From an archaeon (GTDB taxonomy: Archaea > EX4484-52 > B79-G9), in contig JBDRKP010000069.1 of NCBI GenBank assembly GCA_043813875.1, forward strand, positions 1 through 33,199: 33,199 nt of DNA, written 5' to 3'. The notes beneath the pieces were generated by a model. That model had not been told where the DNA came from. It saw only the letters and a list, made by a program, of their open reading frames with translations, and made no database searches. The translations under genes were made by a program, and so were the position numbers. Numbering within the stretch: position 1 is the first letter of the stretch; every line of letters begins with the position of its first letter. This document shows, piece after piece, positions 1 through 8,426 of the stretch.

Positions 1-1
1 C

Positions 2-766
2 GACTGCCTTGAAATTCTTCCGGCGCTAGAAGAATCATCAATAGACATGATCTTTGCCGACCCGCCGTACAAACTATCAAATGGCGGAATATCGTGCCGC
101 GCAGGCAAAATGGTGTCTGTGAACAAAGGAGACTGGGACAAGTCGCGCGGCCTCATCAACGACTTCAACTTCACAGCAAAATGGATCGAGGAGTGCCGAC
201 GCGTGCTGAAGCCAAACGGCACTATCTGGATATCGGGGACTATGCACAACATCTACCAGACTGGCTTTGCGCTTCAGGCGCTTGGGTTTCATATCATGAA
301 CGAGATTTCCTGGTTCAAGCCTAACGCGAGCCCTAATCTTTCCTGCAGATATTTTACGCATAGCCATGAGACGGTTCTCTGGGCAAAGAAGGAGAAGAAG
401 GCAAGGCATAAATTCAATTACTCTCTTATGAGGGAATGGGACTCTGATATTCTCAACAGGAAAGGCAAGCAGATGAGAAGCGTGTGGACAATACCGCTTA
501 CGCCGCCAAAAGAAAAGACTGCTGGCAGGCACCCGACTCAGAAGCCGATCGAACTAATGAAAAGGATAATAACGGCAAGCACAGACAAAGGCGATATTGT
601 TTTGGACCCGTTCAGCGGATCGGGGACCACCGGCTTTGTCGCGAAGATGCTCAAAAGGAAGTATATCGGCATTGAGATGGAGGAGGAGTATGTTGATATA
701 ACATTGAGAAGGATGAATATTGAAAAAATCGCACTGCTTCAAGATAGTCCTCAGAGCAACTCCTAG
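2..766 (+). CDS. Site-specific DNA methyltransferase (N6-adenine/N4-cytosine, beta class), 5'-truncated by window edge
   Basis: Frame is open from position 2 (DCLEILPALEESSIDMIFADPPY). Catalytic DPPY precedes HPTQKP and the SAM-binding DPFSGSGTT motif, which is beta-class order. Confidence 0.93.
   Translation, partial: DCLEILPALEESSIDMIFADPPYKLSNGGISCRAGKMVSVNKGDWDKSRGLINDFNFTAKWIEECRRVLKPNGTIWISGTMHNIYQTGFALQALGFHIMNEISWFKPNASPNLSCRYFTHSHETVLWAKKEKKARHKFNYSLMREWDSDILNRKGKQMRSVWTIPLTPPKEKTAGRHPTQKPIELMKRIITASTDKGDIVLDPFSGSGTTGFVAKMLKRKYIGIEMEEEYVDITLRRMNIEKIALLQDSPQSNS
620..715 (+). repeat. MTase 3' segment duplicated at 5131-5226 (direct repeat, copy 1)
   Basis: Ungapped match to 5131-5226, about 78/96 identical by eye, including a 26-bp identical run accaccggctttgtcgcgaagatgct. 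Confidence 0.9.
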
Positions 767-788
767 CAAATCGGTGTTTTATTTCTAT

Positions 789-1050
789 TCACTCATCCCA
801 CTTAGGACAATAAAACTTATACCCGCAGAAGCGGCACCCATTTTCATCCTCTGCCGGCGCGAAACTATGCTCAAAATCATGCGCTATCCCCCGCACTGCC
901 AGAAGCAGCTCATTTTTAACACCGTCAAGCGTAAAACCCTGACCGTGCCCGTTATTCGTGACATTCCACTCATTGTCAACCGTCATATCCGCAGGCTTCT
1001 CAAGTATCGGCATGTCAAAAGTCCATTTCGAGACTTGTAGCCCATGGACT
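789..1050 (-). pseudogene. Orphan diverged copy of the 3' end of the helicase-nuclease gene (direct repeat of 1817-2079)
   Basis: Encodes ...NVTNNGHGQGFTLDGVKNELLLAVRGIAHDFEHSFAPAEDENGCRFCGYKFYCPKWDE, matching the 1817..5020 C-terminus. It has a 1-nt deletion near 1034 and no 5' part. Confidence 0.92.
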
Positions 1051-1063
1051 TTCGCTCAAATTC

Positions 1064-1804
1064 TTATAATCCTTTAAATGCGTTTATAATATCCTTTCTG
1101 TTATCTTTTATTGCTTTTTCTATTTCAGGATTAATATTTCGTTTTCCGATATATGTATTTTTATCAAGTAAAAAAATGGTATCATATCCATTTTTTTCCA
1201 TCTCCTTCTTATAAGGAATATACTTTTGAATCTGATTTCCTTTTTCATCAATCACATTATGTTGATTTTTAAGCGTTGCAACGACGAATATTTTTTTTAG
1301 GTCATTTTTTATTTCGATTTGAATTTTTTTATTACCATCCTCTTTATTTCCATAGTAGTCACCGGGGATTAAATTGAATTCTGCTTTTGATTTTTTGAAC
1401 ATTTTTTCGCGATTCTTGCGCTTCGTTTTAGCACCTTCATCCATTTTCAGATATCCCAAGTCTGTTTTTAGTTCAATAATTGCACATAATTTTGGGCATT
1501 TTGATTTTTCTAATGGTTTAGCGATAACCATAATATCTGTATATAGCGTGGTCTTTTTGTTACCCTCAAATGTTAACGGAAAATCAACAAAAAAATCGTA
1601 TCCTTTGAACACTTTTGAAATCTTACCAGCTAACAGATTCTCGAAATACGATGATTTGGAAGGGGAACGACCTAAAAATAAATGTGATTTTTTACGACCA
1701 TAGAACTTACTCTCCCCTATTTTATGATCGAGATCCTTAACATATTTATCGTTCAATTCTATTAAAGTCTCTTTGAATGCTTTTATTAATTTATCTTCAT
1801 CCAT
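1064..1804 (-). CDS. AT-rich hypothetical protein, possible PD-(D/E)XK restriction-endonuclease-like nuclease
   Basis: 246-aa ORF with GGAGG RBS. FENLL...YTDIMVI...IIELKTD resembles E...(P)D...ExK spacing. Much more AT-rich than its neighbours. Confidence 0.55.
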   Translation of the reverse strand: MDEDKLIKAFKETLIELNDKYVKDLDHKIGESKFYGRKKSHLFLGRSPSKSSYFENLLAGKISKVFKGYDFFVDFPLTFEGNKKTTLYTDIMVIAKPLEKSKCPKLCAIIELKTDLGYLKMDEGAKTKRKNREKMFKKSKAEFNLIPGDYYGNKEDGNKKIQIEIKNDLKKIFVVATLKNQHNVIDEKGNQIQKYIPYKKEMEKNGYDTIFLLDKNTYIGKRNINPEIEKAIKDNRKDIINAFKGL

Positions 1805-1816
1805 TTTTATTCCTCC

Positions 1817-4800
1817 TCATTCATCCCACTTAGGGCAATAAAACTTATACCCGCAGAAACGGCACCCATTTTCATCCTCTGCCGGCGCGAAACTATGCTC
1901 AAAATCATGCGCTATCCCCCGCACAGCCTCAAGCAATTCCCCCTTGACGCCCTCAAGCGTGAAACCCTGTCCGCGCCCGTTATTCGTGACGTTCCCTGTT
2001 TCATCGACCATCATCTCTACGGGACTGTCAAGGCGCAGCATGTCAAGAGTAAGTTTAGAAACCTTATACCCCATGGACTGGAGCGCAAGCGCATAGAAGC
2101 CCAGCTGCCAGGCGCGCTTCTTAGGTGATATCACAGCCGTATTGGTCTTATAGTCGATCACCTCGACCGTACCGTCACTAAGTTTATCCACCCTGTCAGC
2201 AAACCCAAAGAACCGGAATCCGTCAATCACGACCGGAAGCGCCACCTCCGTCATCGACTCTGAATCATACTTGTCCTTGTTTCTCTCCCAGAAGACATCG
2301 ATCAGGCCGCGCACATCATCAATCCTGACACCATCCCACAAAGGAGTCTCAATCATGCGTGAAGCTTCTTCAACATACTTATCCTTCGTATCAAAACCAT
2401 TAGACACACCTACCTCAAACAGCTTATGCAGAAATGTGCCGATGCTCGCCCCGTTCAGTTCAAACGCGCCCCTTTCCGGCATCCTGAGTATCTGCGAAAG
2501 CTCAAACTTCAGATGGCATTCATCATAAGTCATAAGCCCTGTCGGGCTGAATGTGATGGCATCAGGAGAGAACACAAGCGAAGACCTGTTCTCAACACAC
2601 CGCAACAGGTGCCGCTCAAGCTCTGGCTTATTGACAGGCATCCCGAAATCACCTATCGCCCTGTCCCGGCATACCACATAGACCATGAGCCGGTCGACAA
2701 TCGACCTGAAATCATCCGTATCAAGCGAATTCACAAGTTGTTCCTTCATGAGCGACTTATACTGCTCATACTCTGATGACGGGGCGATCACGGCGCTTGT
2801 CTCATCGATATCCAGCACCATATCACAGTCGCTGTTCTCCTTATAGTCGATCTCCTTCAGGAATAGAGACTCGCCATTTGAATCCGGCTTGCCGTTATAT
2901 GACCTCGCATAAGTCAGCACAAGCCCTGCCTTCGCCCTTGTCCAGGCAACATAAGCGAGCCGTCGCTCTTCATAAAGAAGTATCTCATCATCATACTGCC
3001 TGATACGCCGCGCTTTCTCATCATCATCAATCTCTCCCCATGACGCGATCTCAGCTGCGAGATCCGGGTGCAATTCCTTTGGTATGAGCGGCTCATTCCT
3101 GGTCCTTGTCACCGGAAACCGGCCCTCGGCCATGTTCGAGACAATCACTAGCTCATATTCGAGCCCCTTTGCCGCGTGTATTGTCATGAGATTGACAGCA
3201 TCCACCTGCATGACCTGCGAAGAGTTGATATCGACGCCAAGCAAATCAATTATCTCTATATGCCTGATGAATTCAGCGAGGCGTCTATCATGCATCTCAT
3301 AGAAATTAGTGGCGATCTCATGGAACTTCTTGAGATTCAGGAGGCATTCGATATTCTCGACAGTACGTTCATAAGTGAATGCCCTGTTAAGGCCGGATAT
3401 CTCATAGACATCAAGCACGAGGTCCGGAAGTGCCTTGTTAGACACATCCTGCAGTTCATGCAGCTTACGGGCAACATGCCCGACAATCCTCTTGGCATCA
3501 TCAGTCATATCCACCTCATCGACAAGAGCAAGAAGCGCCTCATCAATCGAGACATCCCTTCTTCCCTTGAGATACCGCCCGATCTTCACAGAATCAGCCG
3601 GACTTAAAGTATTGTGATAATGGAAAAGATCCCACCATGCCTGCTCGCCGGTCCCCGACCTCTCAACGATATTGGAAAGTATGGATAGATACGCGACAGC
3701 AGTCCTTATCTCCCGCCTCTGCATCATATTGGTCTTGCCGGATGCGATCACCGGGATACTTTTCAGCTCAAGCGCCCGCCTTATGACTTGAGACTGCTTG
3801 TGCGTCCGAAAAAGTATGCATATATCGCTTTTTTTAGTGCCCTTATCAATCGCCTTCTCGACAAGCTCTGCGATGTATCTTGCCTCCTCATCCGCATTGA
3901 CAAGCTCGACCACTTTCACCTTGTCCCCCTCGCGGCCGTCGGCATTCTCTACAAGCAGGCAGTCAGATTCATCCTCATAATTGTTCTTTATCAGGCAATG
4001 TGCGACATTGAGCACAGTATTCGGCGACCTGTAGCTCTTGTCCAGCCTGAACACGTCCGTATCGTCATTCACCTCAAACGACCTCTTGAAACGATCAAAG
4101 CTCTTCTTGTACGACCCGCGGAACCCATATACAGACTGGTTGGGGTCCCCGACGACAGTTATGTTCCTGTGCGTCGCGAAAAACTCGATAAGCTCGAACT
4201 GGACCATGTTGGTGTCCTGGAACTCGTCAACGAACACGTACTTGTAAAGCGCAGCATACTTTTCAGACCCGAACTGGCGTAGAAGATCAAGAACATGCCG
4301 GTTAAGATCTGAAAAATCAAGGAGATTCTTCTCGGTCTTCAGTCCCTCGTACTTCTTCCACACATCGATGAATTCCACGAATCTCTTGTACTCATCATAG
4401 ATACGTATGAATGCCGAGATCTCCTTTTTCTGTTCCTTGATAGCCCTTCTCTGCTCGACTGTCTCCTGCGGCAGAAGATGAAGAGTGCTGAGTCTGATCC
4501 TCTGCTCTTCAGCATAACCTTCAAGCTCATCTTCAGTACAGTATCCAAGCAGTTTTCCCTTGATATCATCGCAGAATCCTTCAATCTGGCCAAGCGATAT
4601 CCCGAAATCCTTTGCAGAATGGATAGTCATTATGTACCTGTTAGACCAGTAAGGTGTGATCCCCAGGTGCTTATGCAGAAGTATCTTCGCATCATCCGGA
4701 AGAAGGATCTGGAATCCCTCATCGATATGGACAAGATGCCCGTCTTCCTTGAGGATATCTGCGCAGAATGAATGGAATGTCTTGACATTGACTGATGTCA

Positions 4801-5020
4801 CAGCGCCGAGCTTCTCCTGGACTTTCTTCCTGAGAGAGTTGGTGGCCCCGTTGGAGAAAGTGAGGCATAGGATCTCATCCGGCCTGTACTTTTTTACGAC
4901 ATTCACAAGATGATTTATCTTCTCGACGATCGTGTGGGTCTTGCCGGTGCCTGCGCCCGCAAGCACGATACAAGGCCCGGAATCCTTTTCAATCGCTTGT
5001 TGTTGTTGTGTTGTCGGCAT
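1817..5020 (-). CDS. UvrD/PcrA-like SF1 DNA helicase fused to a C-terminal PD-(D/E)XK (AddB/Cas4-like, Fe-S) nuclease
   Basis: AGAGTGKT Walker A, VDEFQD Walker B, VGDPNQSVYGFRG, SYRS, TIHAAKGLE, EERRLAYVAWTRAK. C-terminal GFADRVD...IDYKT, with one Cys in YDECHLKF plus CRFCGYKFYC. Confidence 0.92.
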   Translation of the reverse strand: MPTTQQQQAIEKDSGPCIVLAGAGTGKTHTIVEKINHLVNVVKKYRPDEILCLTFSNGATNSLRKKVQEKLGAVTSVNVKTFHSFCADILKEDGHLVHIDEGFQILLPDDAKILLHKHLGITPYWSNRYIMTIHSAKDFGISLGQIEGFCDDIKGKLLGYCTEDELEGYAEEQRIRLSTLHLLPQETVEQRRAIKEQKKEISAFIRIYDEYKRFVEFIDVWKKYEGLKTEKNLLDFSDLNRHVLDLLRQFGSEKYAALYKYVFVDEFQDTNMVQFELIEFFATHRNITVVGDPNQSVYGFRGSYKKSFDRFKRSFEVNDDTDVFRLDKSYRSPNTVLNVAHCLIKNNYEDESDCLLVENADGREGDKVKVVELVNADEEARYIAELVEKAIDKGTKKSDICILFRTHKQSQVIRRALELKSIPVIASGKTNMMQRREIRTAVAYLSILSNIVERSGTGEQAWWDLFHYHNTLSPADSVKIGRYLKGRRDVSIDEALLALVDEVDMTDDAKRIVGHVARKLHELQDVSNKALPDLVLDVYEISGLNRAFTYERTVENIECLLNLKKFHEIATNFYEMHDRRLAEFIRHIEIIDLLGVDINSSQVMQVDAVNLMTIHAAKGLEYELVIVSNMAEGRFPVTRTRNEPLIPKELHPDLAAEIASWGEIDDDEKARRIRQYDDEILLYEERRLAYVAWTRAKAGLVLTYARSYNGKPDSNGESLFLKEIDYKENSDCDMVLDIDETSAVIAPSSEYEQYKSLMKEQLVNSLDTDDFRSIVDRLMVYVVCRDRAIGDFGMPVNKPELERHLLRCVENRSSLVFSPDAITFSPTGLMTYDECHLKFELSQILRMPERGAFELNGASIGTFLHKLFEVGVSNGFDTKDKYVEEASRMIETPLWDGVRIDDVRGLIDVFWERNKDKYDSESMTEVALPVVIDGFRFFGFADRVDKLSDGTVEVIDYKTNTAVISPKKRAWQLGFYALALQSMGYKVSKLTLDMLRLDSPVEMMVDETGNVTNNGRGQGFTLEGVKGELLEAVRGIAHDFEHSFAPAEDENGCRFCGYKFYCPKWDE

Positions 5021-5130
5021 TTTGATGGCGCTCCATAAATATTATATAGAGAATTTATGTGCCAAGATGCATATATAGTTTGATGTGTCCGGAATTTGAA
5101 ATGTTCTGAAAAACCAGATCATTTTAATGG

Positions 5131-5292
5131 TCAGGAACCACCGGCTTTGTCGCGAAGATGCTAGGGCGCAAGTATATCGGCATTGAGACAGAGGAAGAGT
5201 ATGTTGATATTGCGCTCAAGAGGATGGGGATTTTTCAAGGAGGAGTGAGGGCGAAAGAGCCTGTTATGGATCCAGGGAAGAAGAGATTATAG
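5131..5292 (+). pseudogene. Orphan 3' fragment of a DNA methyltransferase gene (alternative C-terminus of 2..766)
   Basis: Translates SGTTGFVAKMLGRKYIGIETEEEYVDIALKRMGIFQGGVRAKEPVMDPGKKRL*, versus SGTTGFVAKMLKRKYIGIEMEEEYVDITLRRM in the MTase. No start codon or 5' part. Confidence 0.9.
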
Positions 5293-5303
5293 TGAAACAC
5301 TGA

Positions 5304-5372
5304 CCATTTTGTTGGCGCCGTCAAAAAGGTGTGTTTTTTCTTTCGGCAAGGTGGAGGAAATAAGTTTATATT
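5304..5372 (+). repeat. 69-bp direct repeat copy 1 (imperfect palindrome, T-tract, BRE/TATA-like box), upstream of BRO-N pseudogene
   Basis: Ungapped match to 10236-10304, about 57/69 identical, ending in the shared gaaataagtttatatt. Confidence 0.85.
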
Positions 5373-5428
5373 TTATCTACGGTCAGTATTTATGATGGAT
5401 GAGACAAAAATTGTTGTGGTGACGGATT

Positions 5429-6083
5429 ATGGCAAATAAGGAAAATGCATTAGTCGTTTCAAGGCAATAAAATCAGAAGAACCTGGTTTAATGATGAATG
5501 GTGGTTCTCAATAGTTGATATTGTAGAAGCATTGACAGAAAGCAAAAGATCCAGAAAATATTGATCTGACTTAAAAACCAAGCTAATAGAGGAAGGTTTT
5601 GAAGTGTCCGAAAAAATCGGACAGTTGAAATTGATGGCTGATGATGGCAAATCAAGATTCACAGACTGTGCCAATACAAAAAATATGTTTAGGATCATTC
5701 AATCGATTCCCTCTCCAAAAGCAGAGCCGTTCAAGCAATGGCTTGTAGATATCGGTTATCAAAGAGTGCAGGAAATAGAAAACCCGGAATTGGCGCAGAA
5801 CAGGGTCAAGGGATACTATGAACTAAAAGGATATCCCAAAGAATGGATAGATAAGAGACTTAGAGGCATAGCTATAAGGCAGGAACTGACTGACGAATCC
5901 GTTCACTTTGTTCTCGGCTTTTTAGCCTAAATAATTGATGAAGGCTAAAAATGGAAAGACAGAGGCATCAGGGAAGATATTGATTTTGCGATACTTACAA
6001 ATGAAATAACTAAAGCTACTTTTGGGATGACTGTGCAGGAATATAAGAATATCAAGGGGCTTGAGAAGAAAAACGAGAATCTA
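5429..6083 (+). pseudogene. BRO-N domain (phage antirepressor-like) pseudogene
   Basis: GGTGA RBS, ATG 5429, then MANKENALVV / frameshift near 5459 / QGNKIRRTWFNDEWWFSIVDIVEALTES...Y*SDLK (TGA 5562-5564 where Trp is expected)...QSIPSPKAEPFKQWL...RQELTDE / 54-bp insert / WKDRGIREDIDFAILTNEITKATFG...KNENL, then truncated. Confidence 0.88.
5898..5951. mobile_element. 54-bp hairpin-containing insertion interrupting the BRO-N gene
   Basis: Removing it restores ...TDE-WKDRG in frame. Contains the 10-bp inverted repeat tttttagcct (5919-5928)/aggctaaaaa (5942-5951). 'aat' occurs at both junctions (5896-5898, 5950-5952). Confidence 0.65.
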
Positions 6084-6143
6084 AGTCATTGTAAATAAAT
6101 AAAAAGAGAGACGTGATATGTGGACTGGGTCTGATGCCTATTG

Positions 6144-7805
6144 TTATTTTGCAGTGGTCTGCTTTAATTCATCCTCTGGAATGCTGCCTTTCCATGCGAG
6201 GAATTTTTCAAGATTTGTTTTATATCTTTGCTTATCGATTTTCTTTGCATGATGGAAGTACGTCTTGTAGGCTTTATTTTCAAAGAGGCTAAAGACTTTG
6301 CCAACAAAAAACATCTCTGAGAAAGACTGATTCGTCTCGATATTCAATCCTTTTATGAGGTCGTATGCCCGGCGATATTCTTTTTCTGAAAACAAGTGTG
6401 CTGCATACAATATTTTTATCAGATCATACATTTCATCTGATAGGCCAGAGTAATAGTTGTAGAATCCATCATCTTCAAATCTGGCTTTTTTCAGTTCCTT
6501 TTCAGCATCTTCAAGATATGGTATTTCATCGCTTTTACTCTTTAGCATCATCATAAAGTCAAGACGCATGTCAATATGATCTCCATCCTCAATGCCCACC
6601 AAAAGCATTTTTTCTCTGCTTAAAAACTCGATAAATTCATTCAGGAACATATCGATGTCATCTGCTTTAAGTTTATTTATCTTTCTCAAAATCGATTTGT
6701 ATCTCTCTTTCTTATGTTTTGCTGATTTCTCCTTTGATGCACCCAAATCGTCAATTATCTTTTTTATCTGGTTTCTCTGGTGATTGATAATTCTTTCTCT
6801 TGTCAATGATAGGAGACGTTGCTGTTCCAGCTCAAATTCTTCTTTTGCTTCCTCTTTTAATGCGATAATTCCCTTTTCGAGGAGTTCCGGGTCCTCCATG
6901 ATGAATCCAAAAAACGCTTTGAATGTTGCATTATACGAAAAAAATTTCATGCCCATAATGTAACTTGTGTTATAGACTGTCTGGTGTAATTGCCCTGAAA
7001 TTGACTCATAATATCTGTACATTTCCCTGAATTTACTCTTCTCATTTGACAGTTCATAAGCATTGTTCATAAAATCATCCAGATTCATTTTAAACCGCTC
7101 ATGGAACTGCTTGTTCAGCCTCATGATTATCCTGTCCTGCTCCTTGAATCTGCTGCTTTTGTCCTCGAACGAATCTATCTCCTCAAAGCTCAATTGTGTG
7201 CTCAGTCTGAATAAGATGTCTTTTCTTTCGCGTGAATGGTCTATGTTTTTGATTATTGTCTTCATTTTCGCTGCACTGGCCAGGCATTCTGCCTGTTCAG
7301 GCGAATGGATTAGTCCTATGATATTGTATCTGTCGATTTCATGGAACGGGCTTCGTATGAGCCTCATGTTGAGTTCAGGTGTCAGCTTATCAAGTTCTGC
7401 AGAACTGGTAACAATATTTATCTTTCCTGTAGATGTGTCTTTAAAATAGAAGTCAGATAGCATTTTTCCGTTTGTGTCTTTTTCATTCCGTGTAATTTTT
7501 TTAAGGAAAGTAAAAGTTTCCCGTTGAGATTCTGATAGTGCAAACAATTGCCTTTTTTCGCTTTCGTCAAGCGAATTCCTGTGGCACTCGGAAACGTAGT
7601 CAATAAGTAGCTTTTTTTTATGCGTATAATTGAATAAGCCATATTCTAATATGACATCCGCATATTTTTCCGAACCCTCATGCTTCCTAAATTGGGCCAA
7701 ATTCTTTTTCCCGATATATTCTTCAAATTCGGAGATTATGTCATTCAGAATGCCTTCCTCTTCTAGGAAGTTCCATATCTTGTCATATACATCCAAAAAT
7801 ACCAT
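6144..7805 (-). CDS. Hypothetical protein (553 aa, helical/charged)
   Basis: Long uninterrupted ORF with GGTGA RBS upstream. No motif recognised. Confidence 0.8.
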   Translation of the reverse strand: MVFLDVYDKIWNFLEEEGILNDIISEFEEYIGKKNLAQFRKHEGSEKYADVILEYGLFNYTHKKKLLIDYVSECHRNSLDESEKRQLFALSESQRETFTFLKKITRNEKDTNGKMLSDFYFKDTSTGKINIVTSSAELDKLTPELNMRLIRSPFHEIDRYNIIGLIHSPEQAECLASAAKMKTIIKNIDHSRERKDILFRLSTQLSFEEIDSFEDKSSRFKEQDRIIMRLNKQFHERFKMNLDDFMNNAYELSNEKSKFREMYRYYESISGQLHQTVYNTSYIMGMKFFSYNATFKAFFGFIMEDPELLEKGIIALKEEAKEEFELEQQRLLSLTRERIINHQRNQIKKIIDDLGASKEKSAKHKKERYKSILRKINKLKADDIDMFLNEFIEFLSREKMLLVGIEDGDHIDMRLDFMMMLKSKSDEIPYLEDAEKELKKARFEDDGFYNYYSGLSDEMYDLIKILYAAHLFSEKEYRRAYDLIKGLNIETNQSFSEMFFVGKVFSLFENKAYKTYFHHAKKIDKQRYKTNLEKFLAWKGSIPEDELKQTTAK

Positions 7806-7848
7806 ACTTGTTCACCATCAAATTTTTTCTAAATCTTCTTTGCCGATA

Positions 7849-8382
7849 CTAGACCAGATCATTCGCTTTTACTTTCCTTCTTTCAAAGCTTAAGTGAAGG
7901 GTTTTTGAAGGATTGCCTGTTTTCTTCCTCTCTTCAAGAACAACTTCCATGGGAGTCTTTCCACCCAGATCTTTTCTTGGAGTATTGAGCCATTTTTTCT
8001 GGAAATTATCAGTTGCTTTTTCGCACTCTTTTTCAGAAGTGTAATCATTTGGATTCAGGCTGCTCATTAATTCCGATGATAAGAGGTTCTTGATATGGGA
8101 TTCCATTCTGCTTTCGTTGAAAACCTGTTCCGGGCTCTTTCCGCTGAATTCGTCGCGCGGATAGCTGTTCCATAAATTCGCCAAAAGCGTCATGGTCTCA
8201 TTGAAGTCTCTTTTTGATTTGTATTCAAATCTGAATATTTCCGGGAAAGCACTCATATGAGACGTATTTTTGTTTATCCGTTCATCCATGTTTTCCAAGT
8301 CGAGGTTTATCCCTAATTCTTGGATCTTCTTTTCGAATTTATCTACGGTTTCTTGTGGAATAATTTTTCTGTCGCCTGCCAT
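7849..8382 (-). CDS. Hypothetical protein with two W-x-x-x-P-x-x-x-(L/F)-x-G-K-(S/T)-P motifs (MbcA/ParS/Xre antitoxin C-terminal-like)
   Basis: GGAGGT RBS before ATG 8382. Motifs LWNSYPRDEFSGKSPEQ and KWLNTPRKDLGGKTPME. Confidence 0.65.
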   Translation of the reverse strand: MAGDRKIIPQETVDKFEKKIQELGINLDLENMDERINKNTSHMSAFPEIFRFEYKSKRDFNETMTLLANLWNSYPRDEFSGKSPEQVFNESRMESHIKNLLSSELMSSLNPNDYTSEKECEKATDNFQKKWLNTPRKDLGGKTPMEVVLEERKKTGNPSKTLHLSFERRKVKANDLV

Positions 8383-8426
8383 ATTATTACCTCCTCTGTC
8401 AATATTTTTATTATTTATCATGAATG

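Noticed and set aside
789..2079. Diversity-generating retroelement TR/VR pair
   Set aside because: Mismatches are not confined to adenines of either copy (e.g. tgt/tgc, cgc/cgt), there is an indel, and no reverse transcriptase is in the window.
1817..2560. cas4 gene / CRISPR-Cas locus
   Set aside because: The Cas4-like domain is fused to a UvrD helicase; no other cas genes and no repeat-spacer array are present.
5562..5564. TGA recoded as Trp or Sec in BRO-N
   Set aside because: The same gene also has a frameshift, an insert and a truncation, and TGA is an ordinary stop in many intact genes here.
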